DNA of 64,000 nt from Ancylonema sp. (Eukaryota), in the NCBI GenBank assembly GCA_050230475.1, contig JBFLGF010000134.1:1-64000 (forward strand), given 5' to 3'. Shown one piece after another: positions 1-14,830 of the stretch. A program made the position numbers and the translations under genes. The notes beneath the pieces are model-generated. The model had not been told where the DNA came from and did not search any database. It worked only from the letters and a program-made list of their open reading frames with translations. Positions within the stretch are counted from its first letter, which is position 1, and the number at the start of each line of letters is the position of its first letter.

Positions 1-1740
1 ACTTTTGCAGGCCATTCGTCGAACGTTGTCCATTTTGCCGTTCAATGCGCAAAGCCAAAGTCACTCCCCTTATTTCGACCAATCCCTCTTTCAGTATGAT
101 GAGAAGGTAAGGCCAAAGGTAGACCGTGGTAGAACGATACAAGTCGCAAGTGTGTCAAAATCCAGATATAAACTTTGGTAGAAGAACCTCTTTGCTGTTG
201 GGAGCTATTTTTTCGCTCTTTTCACATCCAAAACTTCATTAATTTAAGAAACACTTCATTTGGTTTTTTTGGGTTTTTATGTTGCCGTTTTAGTATCACC
301 GTTTTTGCTTCGAGTTTCGAGTTTCGAGCTTCATACATACACACGCCACTCAACATCTCGAATCTATCCATCACATCGCCACTCTGTGCCTCCTTTCGGT
401 TGTAATAGTTCCAAAGAAATCATTTTACATTTTTTTATTTTTTTATACATTCATTGTGGAAGTTGGTTGGCATGTGTGTAACCGTGGTTGGGTTTTCCGA
501 TTTCAAGTATAGCAAGGGGGTCTCTGTGCAGTTGATTTCGGCCATCGATCGCCACAAGCCTTGTATGGAGCATCCAATCAAGTTCATAAGTAGGAGGAGA
601 CCAAACGCTCTCAAGTTTAAAATCAATCCAGGTAAGAGACAAGCTAGAACAATCACGCCATAATATTCTCATATGTTGATGCAACTGAATTTGCGTAATT
701 TTGTAGCAAATCGCAAGGATGTTGTACGATTTTATATTCAATGAGTCTTGATCTCTCATCATTGTGCTACCTAATAGAGTGGAACGCGTCGTAGACAACG
801 ATAACTGCAATTGTGTGCTAGATGCCAATCTATTATTCCCCTTCGTCTTTCTTCCTCATCTTTTCAAGTGACACTTCAATCCTACATCATGTTTCAAAGC
901 TATTGAAGGTAACACAACAAATGAAAGGCCCAATTTGTAACAAGAATGACCCTACGGTATTTGATCTGTTGTGCCAGGTGTGGAAGCCGGAGTCGCAGAG
1001 GGTCGAGTGAAAAGAGTCGCTTCCTACGTCTTCCATCCCTTCCTTCCATTCGCCATCTCCATTCAACAGTCGTTCATGCAACCCAGCGTCGTCAATTTCT
1101 ACTTTAGGAAGTGACTGTGTAAGTAGTCACGGGTCCGCAAAGATGTGCATACATGGGTTACACACATGTATTGGTGTTTGAGCTCATGTAGACCCATGAG
1201 CCCATGAGCCCATGACCCATGACCGATGAGTCCATGTGTGAGGCGTCCCATCTTGAGGCTGTTTCGCATGTAGCGCTAGGCGTACTGTCTGAGGACAGTT
1301 TGCCGTACAAGCATTATGAGCCCATGACCTATGAGCTCATTTTTCGTACAAGCATTATGAGGCCAACAAGCAGTGGGTGCCGAGTTCGGGCTAATGAGAG
1401 GGACGAGGGATGAGAGCACGGAGTTACGTCCTGGGCGATAGCTCACATGGCCCACCAATTTGACGATATTACGAGACAAAAATTTAGTTTGTCATGTTTG
1501 TAGACAATGATTTTAAGGTAGTACTTATTGCAATGTGTGTCCACTTCGAGTTTGGTACATCAACTCAATTTTGAGTGCAATAACAACCATCGGGTTTTTA
1601 GTTACCGGAACAATGGTTCAAGTTAGGCCGGCCTTGACCTCAAACTTCGGTCCATCTTTGGAGGCCAAAATATATGGACCGATAAAATAGGAAGAATCTA
1701 AAGCTTAGAGCCCCCCCCCCCCCTTTTCGGGTATTAAAAC

Positions 1741-2902
1741 CATAGTTACCCGAACCCTCGGAACCGGGTTCGGAGGTCCGCATCTCGGACTGGAGTTCGT
1801 CCTTCGAGGCCCAAAAGTTCGGACCGGCGATTTAGGGTTATTCTTGTTTTTATATGTTATTATATTTTTTCCTAGCTCAAAAAACTTCGGAAATAATTTT
1901 TTCTTGTGTATTTTTTCAATGTGAATCTATTAAAAAATACCAAAAAAACATTTGGCAAGGCATTAATGAACGAAAACCCAACAACCAAGTTGCACACTTG
2001 CTTTTTCGATAAATTTTATCTGTGTTATTTCCTTCCACTCCTCCTACACTACTCATAGCAATTGGACGAATTGCATTTCTCATTTTCTACTAATGAAATA
2101 CATCAATACTCACATGCCATGAAAAAATGATACAATATTACAAACGAATATTGGATTTTGAAATATTATAATTAGACATATTTATTCTTTCAAGCCGCAA
2201 GTTTCAATGATTTTATAGACCCTATCATTAACCATCCCTACCATTAACCTATCAAACAACTTTATAATTAAACTGACTACAAGCACATGTCACATTCATA
2301 TTTCTTCGCCAATACAGTACTTTGTACCTCACTCATGCCTATTCCTCATCTACGCATATATCCACTTTTTCCCCCATTCTATCAACACAAAACTCTTGCC
2401 TTCTAATCCCAACAACCTTTCCCCTCACTTTACTTTCACTTCAGAATTCCGTTCTCCCAATCGGCAAATGTATGAGATGCAATTTCCTACCACATAATAA
2501 ATACTTGGCATCTACTTTCAAAAAAAAATCAATTGTGCCAATGTACGTTGGCGCGAAATGAAGTTGCCTTTATGCGAGCAAATCTGTTCGCAGACTGCTT
2601 GCTCAAAACTCTGACACGATCAATCTGATTGGTAGTCTATGTCCGCCAATAACACAGCGAACACGAATCATAGAAACTTGACCATCTACCATACTTGCAC
2701 CTTAATCGAAGGGCGGAAATTTACAGAACAGATAAGCCAATGAGATAGAGCTAAGGGTACTGGACAAAATCTCCATTAGCTTCAAAAATCAACGGTTTCT
2801 GATGAAATCAACGGTAGCTTATGCCTCTGGTTTACATATTTTCTGACATGTTTTAGGCACCAAGCGTGTCACACATGGTGCACAGACGTCAAACCTAAGG
2901 CT

Positions 2903-2940
<38 letters not shown>

Positions 2941-3076
2941 AACCCGCTAAACGCTCCTTCAAAAATACCTGCCAAAAAAAAAAACCCTAAGAACCGCGCG
3001 GTCCGTCCCGGTCCGCATCTCGGACCGGGGCGGACCTCGGTTCGAAAATGTGATTTTTCCGGTTCGGGTAACTATG
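1741..3076. mobile_element. Non-autonomous hAT-superfamily DNA transposon
   Basis: Perfect 16-bp TIR CATAGTTACCCGAACC (1741-1756) / GGTTCGGGTAACTATG (3061-3076); perfect 8-bp TSD ATTAAAAC (1733-1740, 3077-3084); subterminal GGTCCGCATCTCGGAC near both ends. A degenerate minus-strand 'RVLS..CEQICS' near 2580-2615 resembles the hAT C-terminal dimerisation motif (weak). Confidence 0.9.
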
Positions 3077-3603
3077 ATTAAAACAATACTAGTTTTTTGT
3101 TTAGTTTTGTTTTGTGCATTATAGAAATCGACTTTGACAAATAAAAAATGTGTGGGTATTAAAGGACGACATCAAACAACTTTTGGGACATATTGCAATT
3201 TAATGCTTGTGGGAAAGTTTGACTCAGTACAATCTCCTCCCCCAGTCAAACCCCCTTATTGCTTGTGGCGCGATCACGGCATAGAGCTTGCCTTCAGCAT
3301 TTGGACAAAAATTGCATACGTGACGGGACGTATGTAATTAAAAGAAGGATGCCGTGATTGCGCCGCTTGAATCCGTGGCAATACAGTTCATTTCAAGTTG
3401 GTGGGCTCCCAATTTTCAAACAAGGTAAAGAAACAATTTGGAAGACGGTACGAATCCTTCGCCTTCCCCTTCCGTGCCTCCCCTTGTTGGTCGTTCGGGA
3501 ACTACGGACGGGAGGACTCAAAAGGTCGTTTCCTGTACACACAACGCGATACGGCGAACACACGATATACGGATTGCCATCTTCAATACAAGTCGTCATC
3601 AGA

Positions 3604-3841
3604 TACCGCAGTGGCCATACATAATGACCCGGATTTTTTAAAACGAAATTATTTATGTAGGAATCCACCACTTCACCCAACCCGTGCACCCAATATAAAG
3701 TTTCCCAAAATCCTGAAAATTATTTATTATTTGGTGACACACATTATAGAATGACCCACTTTTCTTTAAAAAGGAAATAATTTGACCCGACCCACCCTTC
3801 TCATAATTATTTGAGGGTCATTATGTGTGGCCAGTACGGTA
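3604..3841 (+). mobile_element. Tc1/mariner-type MITE (~240 bp), family 1, copy 1
   Basis: TIRs (TA)CCGCAGTGGCCATACATAATGACCC ... GGGTCATTATGTGTGGCCAGTACGG(TA); TA flanks; four more copies in the window. Confidence 0.9.
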
Positions 3842-5907
3842 TCTAAACTTGTATCCGTAAGCCGCCACAAGTAGCGTACTTTCCAAACTGTACCTCAAAA
3901 AATAATGTAAATGCGTTTCTTGTCTAAATTGATTGCACGATTGTACTTGGATCTGGAAAATACCCCGATTAAAACCCCATGCAATATATTTTGGTATAAG
4001 AGACTCTTCGCTTTTAAAAACCATGTTCACGGTTGTTCATTTCGTGTTTAAACTCAGAATTCTCTCGTTTTGTGTGGGGGGGGGGGGGGGGGAACAGAAT
4101 CACAAAAACGAGAATGTATGAGAAATATCCATTATTTGTTGTTTTTTTTTTTTTTTTTTTTTTTTTCTCTTGACTTTTTTAGGTTTCCGAATTCCGTGTT
4201 GTACTTCTCCTCAACGGGGGCGACTGTACATCTTTAACATTCCGTAGTATATCTCTCTCCCGTCTGAGGACGAGGGTGAAGAAGCACTATCAAAGACGAG
4301 GTAATCTTGTATATGTGGAAGGGCGATAGGCGAGCCATAGTTGCACGGACCGGGGTCGTGAGGTCCCGGTTCCGGACCGAGGTCCGTCCTTCTAGGGATA
4401 AAATCCAGACCGGTTTCTTAGGGTAATATCTGTTTGTGGGAGTTGAAGGAGATTTCCGTGGACAAAAACTTCGGAAGCATATTTCGCGAATGTAATCATA
4501 TATTACGTCGTTTAAAAATGTCAATAAAACTTTGACGTAACAAATAAGAAATGAAAACCTGGAATACTCTAGAGTATAAAAATATTTTTCACCAATTTCC
4601 AAGGGAATCCCTTGGGAAAATGGTCTAGGTCAATTTGAATGGTTATCAATACACCTAGTATGTCTATGTACATCTAGTATGTATTGATGTCATGATGCAC
4701 ATGTGAGCCACAAAGTTACATGATGAAGAGAAAAATTATCATGAAGTTATTTGTAGCAAATAAAACACCCATATCCAACACTTTCTATTATGTACTTTTT
4801 TTCTACACCCACAACCTTATATCCACTCTTCACTCCACTCTTGACATCCTTTTCACTCCTCACTTACATATTCTACGTAAATAGATTGGTGAATTCCTTC
4901 TCTATTTTTTGAGGTGCCACATTTGATTCGTAGGTGCCAATGCGGTTTGCCTACGTGACGAGGTGCCTAAATACTTGAATCATCGTCCGGGATCTTTGAA
5001 TAGTCGTGAATAATCGTCATAAAAGTGTATGTTGAACCTTCAAAATGTATTAGAAATGTCAGCATGAAATCATAACCTTTGTGTATGTGGAGAATGGAGA
5101 ACCCCTACACGTATTGTGTACGGATACGTACGGAATTTGTACATTATTAGTCAACACGTTGGCTGGATCGATGCAAAGTATTATTGTCACGTTTCAAAGG
5201 TTTACGTTCTTAGTTATTACACGCGGCTATTACGGTAGTTACACGCGGCTTGAGATTCTTGTTTTTCTTGGGACTGATTGTTAATTAATGCAGTGATAAT
5301 GAACGTAGGTACGGCCTATCATACACTATAGTCTTGATACAATGAGAGTTTTATAGACATGGGGATTGAATTTTAGTGTAGCAAATGCCAGGGCGGTCAA
5401 TATACGCAGTACAATTGATAGGGCGACAATAGGCAAATTTCACTTTATCAAGAGAAAGTGAAATTTAGGTCGGTAATTTTAAGGGAGGTGGCTCATCTAA
5501 ACGGCGGTTGTTCTAATATCATCTCGCTCCAGAAAAACTTTTCTACATGAGAAATGTTGGAACCATTATTTAAAAAAAAAAAAAAAAAAAAAAAAAGAGG
5601 TTATAAACTTACACGTCAGATATTTTGTGAAAACTGAAATCAATCGGAATATTTTTATTACATTAGATAGGTTATTAATTTTCACTGTATACATATTGAC
5701 AGGTTTCAACGTACACTGACATCGCAATATTAAAATCTGGAATCTTTTGGTCACTACAACGTATGTCACTATGGCGATGTCACTCAATATAGTAGGTTGT
5801 CATACACGGTTAGAAAAAGGGTTTAAAAAAAATCATTATCATTATCCAGATTGTCACTGTAGAGTGTGTCAAGACACACTCGAGGAATATCGAGATTGTC
5901 ACTGACT

Positions 5908-6792
5908 TACCGTACATGCCAACTTTAATACCCCACCCCTTTTCCCAGACAATATGTTTATTCACGCCCCATCCCCTTACCCCAACCAAATTTCAGCAAT
6001 TAATTACATCACCCCAACTACTTAATACCCTAACCTGACAACAAGTTTTTATTTATTTTGGACCGTAAATGGACAAAAGAATAGCCCCTATATCCAGTAA
6101 AGCCTGCAATAAATGACAACCGCGTGTTGATATCCAGACATACTTCTGGAAATGGATCTTCTAAATTTAAAACTATAACTTAACGATAGAACACTGCTCG
6201 ATCATTACATGCACGCAAAAGACGATTGCAAGCACAAATTGGTGAGACATAATTATTGAGAACTAGTCACAAAACGGCTTAGATACTCGGAGAAAAGTGT
6301 GGCACAAGTGCCCAGCCCTATCCACATCATGACGTATAAGTATCCGTGTCGGCAGACTCTAAAAGAGAAGCCCGCTATATTCGAAATATCGCCAAATATC
6401 GATACTATCGAATCTAAGCCCCAAACTTGGTACCGGCACTTCAAATCACGTTTAGTTGGCTCACACGAAATTTCTTAGCAAGTTATCGATGCTAGAAAAA
6501 AATGTTTATGCACCGATGACAACAAAACGAGAAACTATCGACAACACAATGTTTCGACAATATTCATTATAACACCGCGCATCGAAAATTGAAATGCGCC
6601 CAGAATCGTGACCCCGTAAAAAATCCCGGTTTTTTAGAGATGCTGCCGCTGTTATCCCGGCTAGCAGAATTTTAATGATATCTTGGAAATCTCGAAAATC
6701 TCGAGAATCTCGAAAATCTTGAATTGTTTTCCTTGTCCCACCCCAACCACGAATAATTAATTACTGGGGTATTAAATTTAACCGGTACGGTG
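5908..6792. mobile_element. Tc1/mariner-type non-autonomous element, family 2
   Basis: Imperfect 26-bp TIR CCGTACATGCCAACTTTAATACCCCA vs TGGGGTATTAAATTTAACCGGTACGG; TA on the left; an inverted partial copy begins at 28427. Confidence 0.65.
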
Positions 6793-8359
6793 TATCAAGA
6801 CTAGCATGGCGTTGAATCCGATGTTGGCAGCTCAAACTTCGGCCCGCCAACGGTTGACCGGACATTGTTGGTATTGTCCTGCTTGGACTGTGCTTGCACA
6901 TGAAGACAGGCAGCCTTCGCAATGTGTGAATCACTTGTGATCTCTTGTTCCATAGTGTTGTCTTTAAGGAGTAGGAGCGAGGTGGTGTTGCTTGTTGTCA
7001 ATGCTGACATCAAGTTTCTTTTACGTTTGATGTTGGAGATGCCTGTTTCAATTAGGCGCTCGTTCCCAGTTACGACCTGATTCCTCTCACGTATCGTTTC
7101 CACTCGTACCGCATCCCTGAGCCGGGTGAAGTACGACACGTCTATTACGGTGTGGTACAGATTCGAAAGCAGGTATTTTGGATTCTGATATTTTACATGG
7201 TGGCGCTTTTCCTTTGGAAGGTTCCCAGAGGAGTTGATGACGAGGCTCTTATACGCGGCTGAGGATTTGCTATGTTTCGTATCTGGTTGAGTGGTGTATG
7301 GATGCTCGACTCGTGGTGAATGTATCGGCCCATAATTTTTGAAGCTCTCGTTCACTTGTGATTTGCGCGAGTCGGAGGTTGCTGATGCTTGTTTTCGGGT
7401 TACAGTTGCTAAGTATTTTATCTCTGACACTCACGGAGCTGGTCGCGAATTTAATTTCGTGTTCTTTGTGGTGTCTTATTTCTGATTTACGCTTCACTGG
7501 CTATGAATGCAGTCCCGTCAGTAGGGCACCAGCTTTAAAGCTCTCCTTAGGCAGCTCCGTTCCTTCATCAGTTTCGTCCAACTGCGTCTGAGGTTGGTGA
7601 CATCATAGATGTCGCACCTGTTCGAACGGTTCAGGTTTTCCAGAAAGCACCGCATGCAAGTGCATGACCATAAGCTCAGAGTAATTTGTATCACATGTCA
7701 ACTCTCAAATCTGAAGCTCACCAGATCTCATGCCCTTACATAGTGATATTGTGCATTTATTTCGTTTTGTGATGGTTGTATGTATCCATTTTATAAGATA
7801 GTACAACATGTTAGCTTTGCATGTGAAGCTATAAATTTATTGTGGGAGTCACCTTCGGCACCTCAGTCCTATACCTTAGTGTCAATGATGTACACGAAAT
7901 TGGTGTCAATACTTTATCGACGTAAATCCATCGTGACAAATAACTTACGAATCTTAACTTATGAATATTATGATTATGGGTCCTCGGCATGACCAACTTG
8001 CCAATTGCTATTTTGAATCTGAAAATCATCATATGAATCATATTTTCTTGGTCGACCCCTGTATGAAGCCAAGTATGCCATTTTTTACTTAATGATGACG
8101 TCATGGTTGTTGCAACATCTTAGCTCTAAGAATTGAGCTACATCAGTCATTCCTTGCATTGTTGTCCGTCCGTCCGGCCATACGTCCGATTAGCCGTTTG
8201 TACAGTCATTTACATTGAGTAGCCGTGCTTTCTTGAGGACATCATCAGCATGCTATCAGCATGCTATCAGCATGCTATCAATATTTTTTATGTGATTATC
8301 ATGACTAGTTTTCATTTGTTTAGTCTGCTTGACTTGAGTGTGTCGTCCCGTGGGTGCAG

Positions 8360-11097
8360 GAACGGGGGAAGAGTGCATCTATGATAGAGGAAGGCAAGGT
8401 AAGATGGAGGACGCTTTTAAGACTCTTGATTATTCAATGTTGAACCCCTGTAGACTGTTCATAATTATGAGAAACGTATCAACACTCACGAGGTATAAAA
8501 GTAGTCCATTTGATACGTGCTTCGTGATGGCACACATCTACTCTTGATATTAGCAATTAGCATTAAAATGATTGAAATGAGCAAGCATTTGAGGCCCCAA
8601 TCGCACACCCGCACTCAAGTGCATTTCTGTACAAGATGTTGCAATGCCATCCAACCTTGCTCACTGTAATTCTTTTTGTTGCCTTTGTCAAGTGTGACAA
8701 GGGGTCGGCATCGGAAGTTGCACGACAAAATGAACCCGTGGCCGATGTTCTCGGCAACTGCGATTTGGTGCTTCACATGCTCAAATGCATGCACGGGAGG
8801 GAGTGCCGCTAGACTGCTACTGTGGTGTGCAAGGGTTGGAATGAGTTGTCCTTCACCTTCCCCGCTTGGAGAAAGGCTCGTCTCACAATCTCGGATGTGG
8901 ACGGACCTATTTTGGAAGATGGAAGTAGAAGCTATATGGACACTATGGCGATCCTCACAGATGTTCTCCTCCACAAAAGACACGTGGTGCACCTCGAGTT
9001 GACCTTTGACAACGTGCGGAATGCGTTGGACATTTTGGGTGATGCTGTGTCCTTCTTATTGCACCTTCACTGGCTCTCTCTCTCCATATATTTCGACGAA
9101 CCGGAAAGCCCAAGGGAGAGGACGGCGGTGGTATTCGTCGATCTACCGAATCTCTCCTTCTTGAAACTAGCGGATGCAACGCGTGTCGTTTCTTCTTTGG
9201 CCCTGCGAAATCTGCCGGCGTTACATACTCTCGATCTAGAAGGCGGATTCGGTTCATACACTGGACGTGCTGTAGACATTTCTGAGTGCCCGAAGCTGGA
9301 GACGGTACACACGGATTCGTCAGATTTGGTGCTACCACCATCCTTAATGGCGCAACTGAAGGACCTTCGCATGCCCTGTCAAGAAGTGAGTATGTTATTG
9401 GTAGACAAAAATTCAATTTTTGCATGAATTAGTTGTTTGAACCAACTCGGATTGGTTGGAATCTTGTTACTGTTTGTCAACAAAAGTGTCTCGACATGTG
9501 TGTTGTTGTCCGAATGCGCACCTGTCCCCATTTCTCCATTCTAGAGACCACTTTGATTCGTTGGTTGTAACAAGACTTCCAAATAACAAGACTAATATGT
9601 TTCGCGTTCGTGCTACTACTAAGGCACTCCCATCACTCGAAAAATTTATTGTGCACTCATTCCGTGTTCAGTTTGAAAGTGCCATGTCGCCCTTCAACGG
9701 CAAGAGGATGGTTATATTCAACGGCTACCCACGACTCACATCCTTGAACCTTTTTTGTGGAAAAGATCGCGCGGCTTTCATTGACTTGCCTTCCTTGGAA
9801 GAACTATACTTGAATGCCTCGGACATCAGTGAATGGAGATTCGTATGCCCCAAGTTGGTCTCCGTGGAGTGTTATTACACGTGGATGCCCTCCTCAGTGG
9901 AGGCGCAATTGACGAGCTACATATGTCGTGTGAGTTTTTTTGGCGTGTGGTGTCCATTTGCATTGCTCGCATGACTTTCCGTTTGTGGTCGGGCTTGGTT
10001 TCCAACATGTATTCCTCATCACTTGTGAGTATCATCAACGAAGTTTGTATGACGCAGAATTCTCCCGAAATCTGGTTAAGGCGGATGTTACAACCGGAAA
10101 AGGGAAATCAATGCTCCATGTGGTTATAAAGAAAGGTGTTCCTCTTTCACCTTGATCCTTCTTTTTTGTGTTTTTTTTCGCTGAACAGCCCGAAGATGAA
10201 GGGAAAGATGAGGTGGATAATCGGGTCATTCATGCTCCGTTACTAGAGACCTTTAAGTTGGAAGGGTGCACTACTCTAAGGTCTCTCAGTTTGGATTGCC
10301 CAAGGCTGCGCAAACTCAAGTTTGTGGATACGAGAGTGGAAGTTTGCGAGCTCAACGCCCCTCTATTACCCGAGCTCGATGTGAATAGATGTCGTGTCCT
10401 CGATGTTTCACCCATCATTCTCCCGACTCTCCGTTCCCTCAAGCTGTATCGTTGCAAGGTTAGTGTTGGAATTGAGTATATCCTTATGATGATCAGGACA
10501 TAATGGCCGATCAATTTAAGGCGGTTGGCTACAAAGTGTGGACCACCTTTGCTTGCATCTTTGTTTGTTGAAAATTATTTGATTTGATTGGACTTTTTAA
10601 AACTCGTCCACTTGTCATTCTTTTGGGGTTTGTGGGAGTAGGTGGACCAAGACAAGGAATGGAGACTACCTGCCTTGCGACACCTTCAGTTGGGTTGTTT
10701 GGAGGGTGAAGAGGGGGAGCAAAAAGAAATGGTATCGCAAAGATTCCGAATTGTGGGCATGAGCGACCTCCAACAACTCTCTCTCGCCTGGACCCGGCCT
10801 AGCATGAACGACGACGAATTGACAGTATCGATGAGCGAAAGGACCCGTTTACGCATACGCTCACGTTATCCCCTCTTGAAACTCCGTATAGATGCACCTC
10901 ATGCAACAAAACTGGTTTTGGGGGGGTGTGGGTATACTATGTTCAAGTGTAAAATAGTAGACATCAAGTGTCCGCTAATCGAGAACTTGGTGATGAGTGA
11001 AATGGTCGGCCCGAGGAAGCCGTCTGGGCGGACAAAGTTTGAGAAAAGCGTGCGTAAGACATGTCCACTTCTCAAGGTGGTAGTGTGGAAGTCGTAG
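8360..11097 (+). pseudogene. F-box/LRR gene A (LxLxCPxL repeats) with in-frame stop in the F-box
   Basis: Exons 8693-9385 (F-box-like DLVLHMLK..VVCKGW plus LRR), 9672-9929, 10189-10458, 10642-11097; possible upstream micro-exon 8360-8398. All introns phase 0. In-frame TAG at 8810-8812. Confidence 0.8.
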
Positions 11098-14000
11098 GGG
11101 TCGTGAGTTTGAAATGAGTGGTGGAGGGGGTATGTGTGTGTGCTTTGTAACAATGTTGTCTTATGAATCTACATGACAAGTTTTAGTGCGTTTGAATATA
11201 ATTTTGTGCATCGGTTCGAAACCAGGTTTCATGAATAGAAATAAATTTAAAGTTAATCTTTAAAGTTGTAATATATTTCAAAGGAATTTGGGGAAACGTT
11301 TTGGCCGCCTTTAAGGCTTGATTTGACGTAAGAAGTATATCTCTACACTTCTATAATAATATGGACATAAGCGTGTTGACCTATATTGAAACAAAGCTAT
11401 ACATACAAATAATCAAGGATTCCGAGGTCCTGGTGATGGACCGCGGTTCGCCCTCTTAGACCAAAATAACCAGACCACCGGTAGAGGGATGTTTTAGATG
11501 CTTTATTTCGGGATTTTAGGAGGTTTACTGTTATGAAACCAATTCGGAAAATCCACTTCGCACATTATATTGTCTTGCGCCTTTAGTACAAAAAACTAGC
11601 GAAAGATCCTAGTAACAAAACCAGCGACCTCAAAACTATGCACGAAGCTACTTCTTCTAGGATTGACAGTCCCATGTTTGAAACCCTATACACATGTCAC
11701 CTACGTGTCTAAGTGAAGCCTCGAGATTTAAATGTATCGAACATGTATCAAACATCCTCGAAATCTTCACAAAAGTGAGCTAGAGCTCGCTAATAATGTT
11801 ACTTGCATGTTCGTGTGTCCACGTAATTGTTTGTATAATCTAATGCTTGATCTATGTCGTAAAAGTAAAGAAATCATTTACTCTCATCACACAATCTTCT
11901 CTCTTTTTAGTGGTTCCTTCCGCATTGCCGCAACCCCTCCTCACCAAGTTTTGGAGGAGGGGGCATATTATCTCAAGCGATTTCACAAACTCCCATCCCT
12001 CCAATGTCAGTTCCTGCGCATACGGCGCTTCAATCCGAAGTGTTGCGAGGCTATCCCAGTCCCTCATCACCAAATCCTCGCCCCCACGAAAATCCGTACC
12101 GCCCGCTCCCGCCAACTCGCATCTCTTCACAGTGAGTCGTGTTGCAGAATGCGCACGAATACTGACATATGTGGGGGCACTCGGCTTAGTGAGGCTCAAC
12201 GTGTCCCCTTCGAGGATGCACATGTGGATACCAAAAGAAACCTCCTCCAGATCATCGCCAAGAGGCTCGTCTTCTTCTATCCACTCAAGGGAGAGGTGTC
12301 GTAACCTCACCGCGGTTATTACCCCAACCCCAACTCCAACCCCAACCTTGGGCTCATTTGTGACCTCACAATCCGGCATCGATCCGGATTCGAGCATCAA
12401 TGGCGTCGGCTTCAACGCGCTCAACGAAAGCCACGTCAACACCGGAAGTCTTCATTCCCACTTGTTGTCCACCTGCTCGAAGGTTTGCCACAAGAGGAGA
12501 AAACAAAAAAAATGGATAGGTGTTGACAACGGTCCGGATTTACACTCATCAAAATCCATCCTCTACAGATTGCGCAAAAAAAAAGACAATGTGTCAAGGA
12601 ACACGAACGTGAACGTCACGCCGTTTTATGACCTAGCTTACACTTTCATGTTGTACACGTGGCAGTAATGCAAAAATGTTGCTTATGTGAGGAGGGAAGG
12701 GCGGCGATCTCCAGTTGTTATTGTGCACCCGATCCTATATCTTTTCACATTGGCCATTAGGGTAAGACCATGTTTCGGCCCGATTGATCCCGATCCCCGA
12801 TCCAGATCAACGGTGGATAGGACCCGATCCGATCGGCGTCATTCGGAAACCCCCCGATCGGATAGGTCGACTATGGATAAGAGGTAGGGGGTAACTCGCG
12901 ACTACCGCAAAAATAAATGTGAGGTATTTCACCGAATGGACACGCTTGAAAAATGTCAAGAGTGTTTATGAGTGGTTGGGAGTGGTCTTAAATGGTTATC
13001 AATGGTTATGAATGGTTATGAAAGGTTATGAGTAGTTTTGAGTTGTTATGCTGACGTCAGAAATCGTTACAATTAGCTGCACCGTTTCGTGCGAGCTCAG
13101 TCAGACAATTCACCCTTTGAATTTCTTGCACCCGTTCTAGTTTCTTAGTGAATCGTTTTATTCACGACAACGTTTGATTCCCGAAACTAATAGTGAGTGC
13201 GCATCCTGACGCAACCAACTATCATCCATTCTGCACCCTTGTAGAAATTCTATAGCCATTTTGCCTTGCGTTCTCTTTATTCGTAGCTGTCACCTGTTGT
13301 GAAGTACGATAACTTGCAACGTGTGATTAACCTTAGTGTTGTTCCTAGACCTCCCACCACTAAGCGTTGAGTGCATCTCAGCTTTCGGCGAGAGTAGCTA
13401 CGGCAAACTTCGTTGATAAGTCACATACCGTGCTTGAATTACATTCTTGTGTGGTTAGTAGGGATTCAACCTACACCAATCTACTCTAACTGACAGCGGA
13501 AGGAAGAGAGTAAATCTTCATCGAGGTCTTCAAGCTTGGAAGGTCAGTTTTTTTTTTCCCTTCCCGTTTCATTCGATTTGTTTTGTTGGCTAGCTGATCA
13601 GCTCAGTAGCCGTGTGTATATTCATTTGCAAGTCCTGGTCATAGGACATCTTGTGCATCTGAATCAATTTCTGGTACCGGTTCGTACCCTCGTTGTTTGA
13701 TCCACACCGAATTTCGGTAAACGGATAAGTGATCATCAAATCGTTCGATCCAAACCCTCAGTGGTAAACGGATATTTTTTTCGGTTCAGCAACTTGTTTT
13801 TTATCCAAACCGTGCCTCGGTAAACGTATATTCCATTTCTGCTTTGAAAGAGAAAGGAGGAGCTGAACAGCTCCATTTCCATTTCCAAACTCTCGCAAAA
13901 GACACCCTTGGGAACACTGTCAACTTCGTGCAGCTGTCAGATTCTCCAGATTTTTTTGTTCGACTTGCCGTTTTGTGAAATTTTGTTGTTTGTAATTATG

Positions 14001-14407
14001 TGTCATAATTCCTAAGGACAGTTAATTTAAATACGGTTTTATTGACTTATAGCATTTTCCATTTCATTGACGTGACAGCTCTGAAACCTGTCAGACTGCT
14101 GTCCAGATGTAGTTCACGTAAAGTTATCAATTGAGCTGCAAACTTCTTTTCTTGATTTGAAAATTTGTAAGTAGATGTTTCCTAGCGTTTACTAACAGCT
14201 CACCAAAAATTAGATTTTTCCAAGCAACTACGACGTTGCTATAAATATTGGTGTGCAGTGTATTCACCATCTACTGGATCCAGGCTTTTCACCACAAAAA
14301 CCATTTTTCCGAGACAATTTTCACTCTGATTACATCGTCTTCATCACTATTGCATCACACTTTACTGTGATATCGACATTACCCTTTACTATCACCCCGG
14401 AACATAT

Positions 14408-14830
14408 TTGTTTGACACCACCGCAGACGACATGTCAGAACATAAAGTACCCTTGTATTGTGGACAGGTCGGTGACAAGCAAGAGGAATTTATCGATGCG
14501 TTGTGGTCATACTACAGATACAAAAATTCAAACGAACGGAACGGACATATTCAGTGGGACACAATCGAGTATGCAGGTCAATTCACAAAGGGTATAGCTC
14601 ACGATGTCTGGAAGAAGTTTAGGATAGACAATCTTGGTGACGCAACCCTTATGGCCACTCGTGACACCCATCGTGAGAAGAATTATGAGATGTATTATTG
14701 GCGGACACAAGGCAGATTCCTAACCACCACTATGGTCAGACCGACACCTCTAACCGGAGCAAAACCTGACGAGCTCACCACCTTTTGCAAGGAGCTACGT
14801 GACCGTTTTCACCACCTTCTCCCAAAATTA
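14408..14830 (+). mobile_element. Retrotransposon gag fragment (Ty3/gypsy-like) inside the last intron of gene B
   Basis: ORF 'EYAGQFTKGIAHDVW...TFCKELRDRF' matches the Retrotrans_gag pattern; no pol follows; LTR limits not resolved. Confidence 0.5.

Noticed and set aside
1084..1470. Possible TIR element with CCCATGA repeats
   Set aside because: Terminal match is weak and there is no TSD; probably a decayed element but not definable.
6801..7430. 209-aa minus-strand ORF
   Set aside because: GTG start, no motif I recognise, abuts a transposon end; cannot be supported without a homology search.
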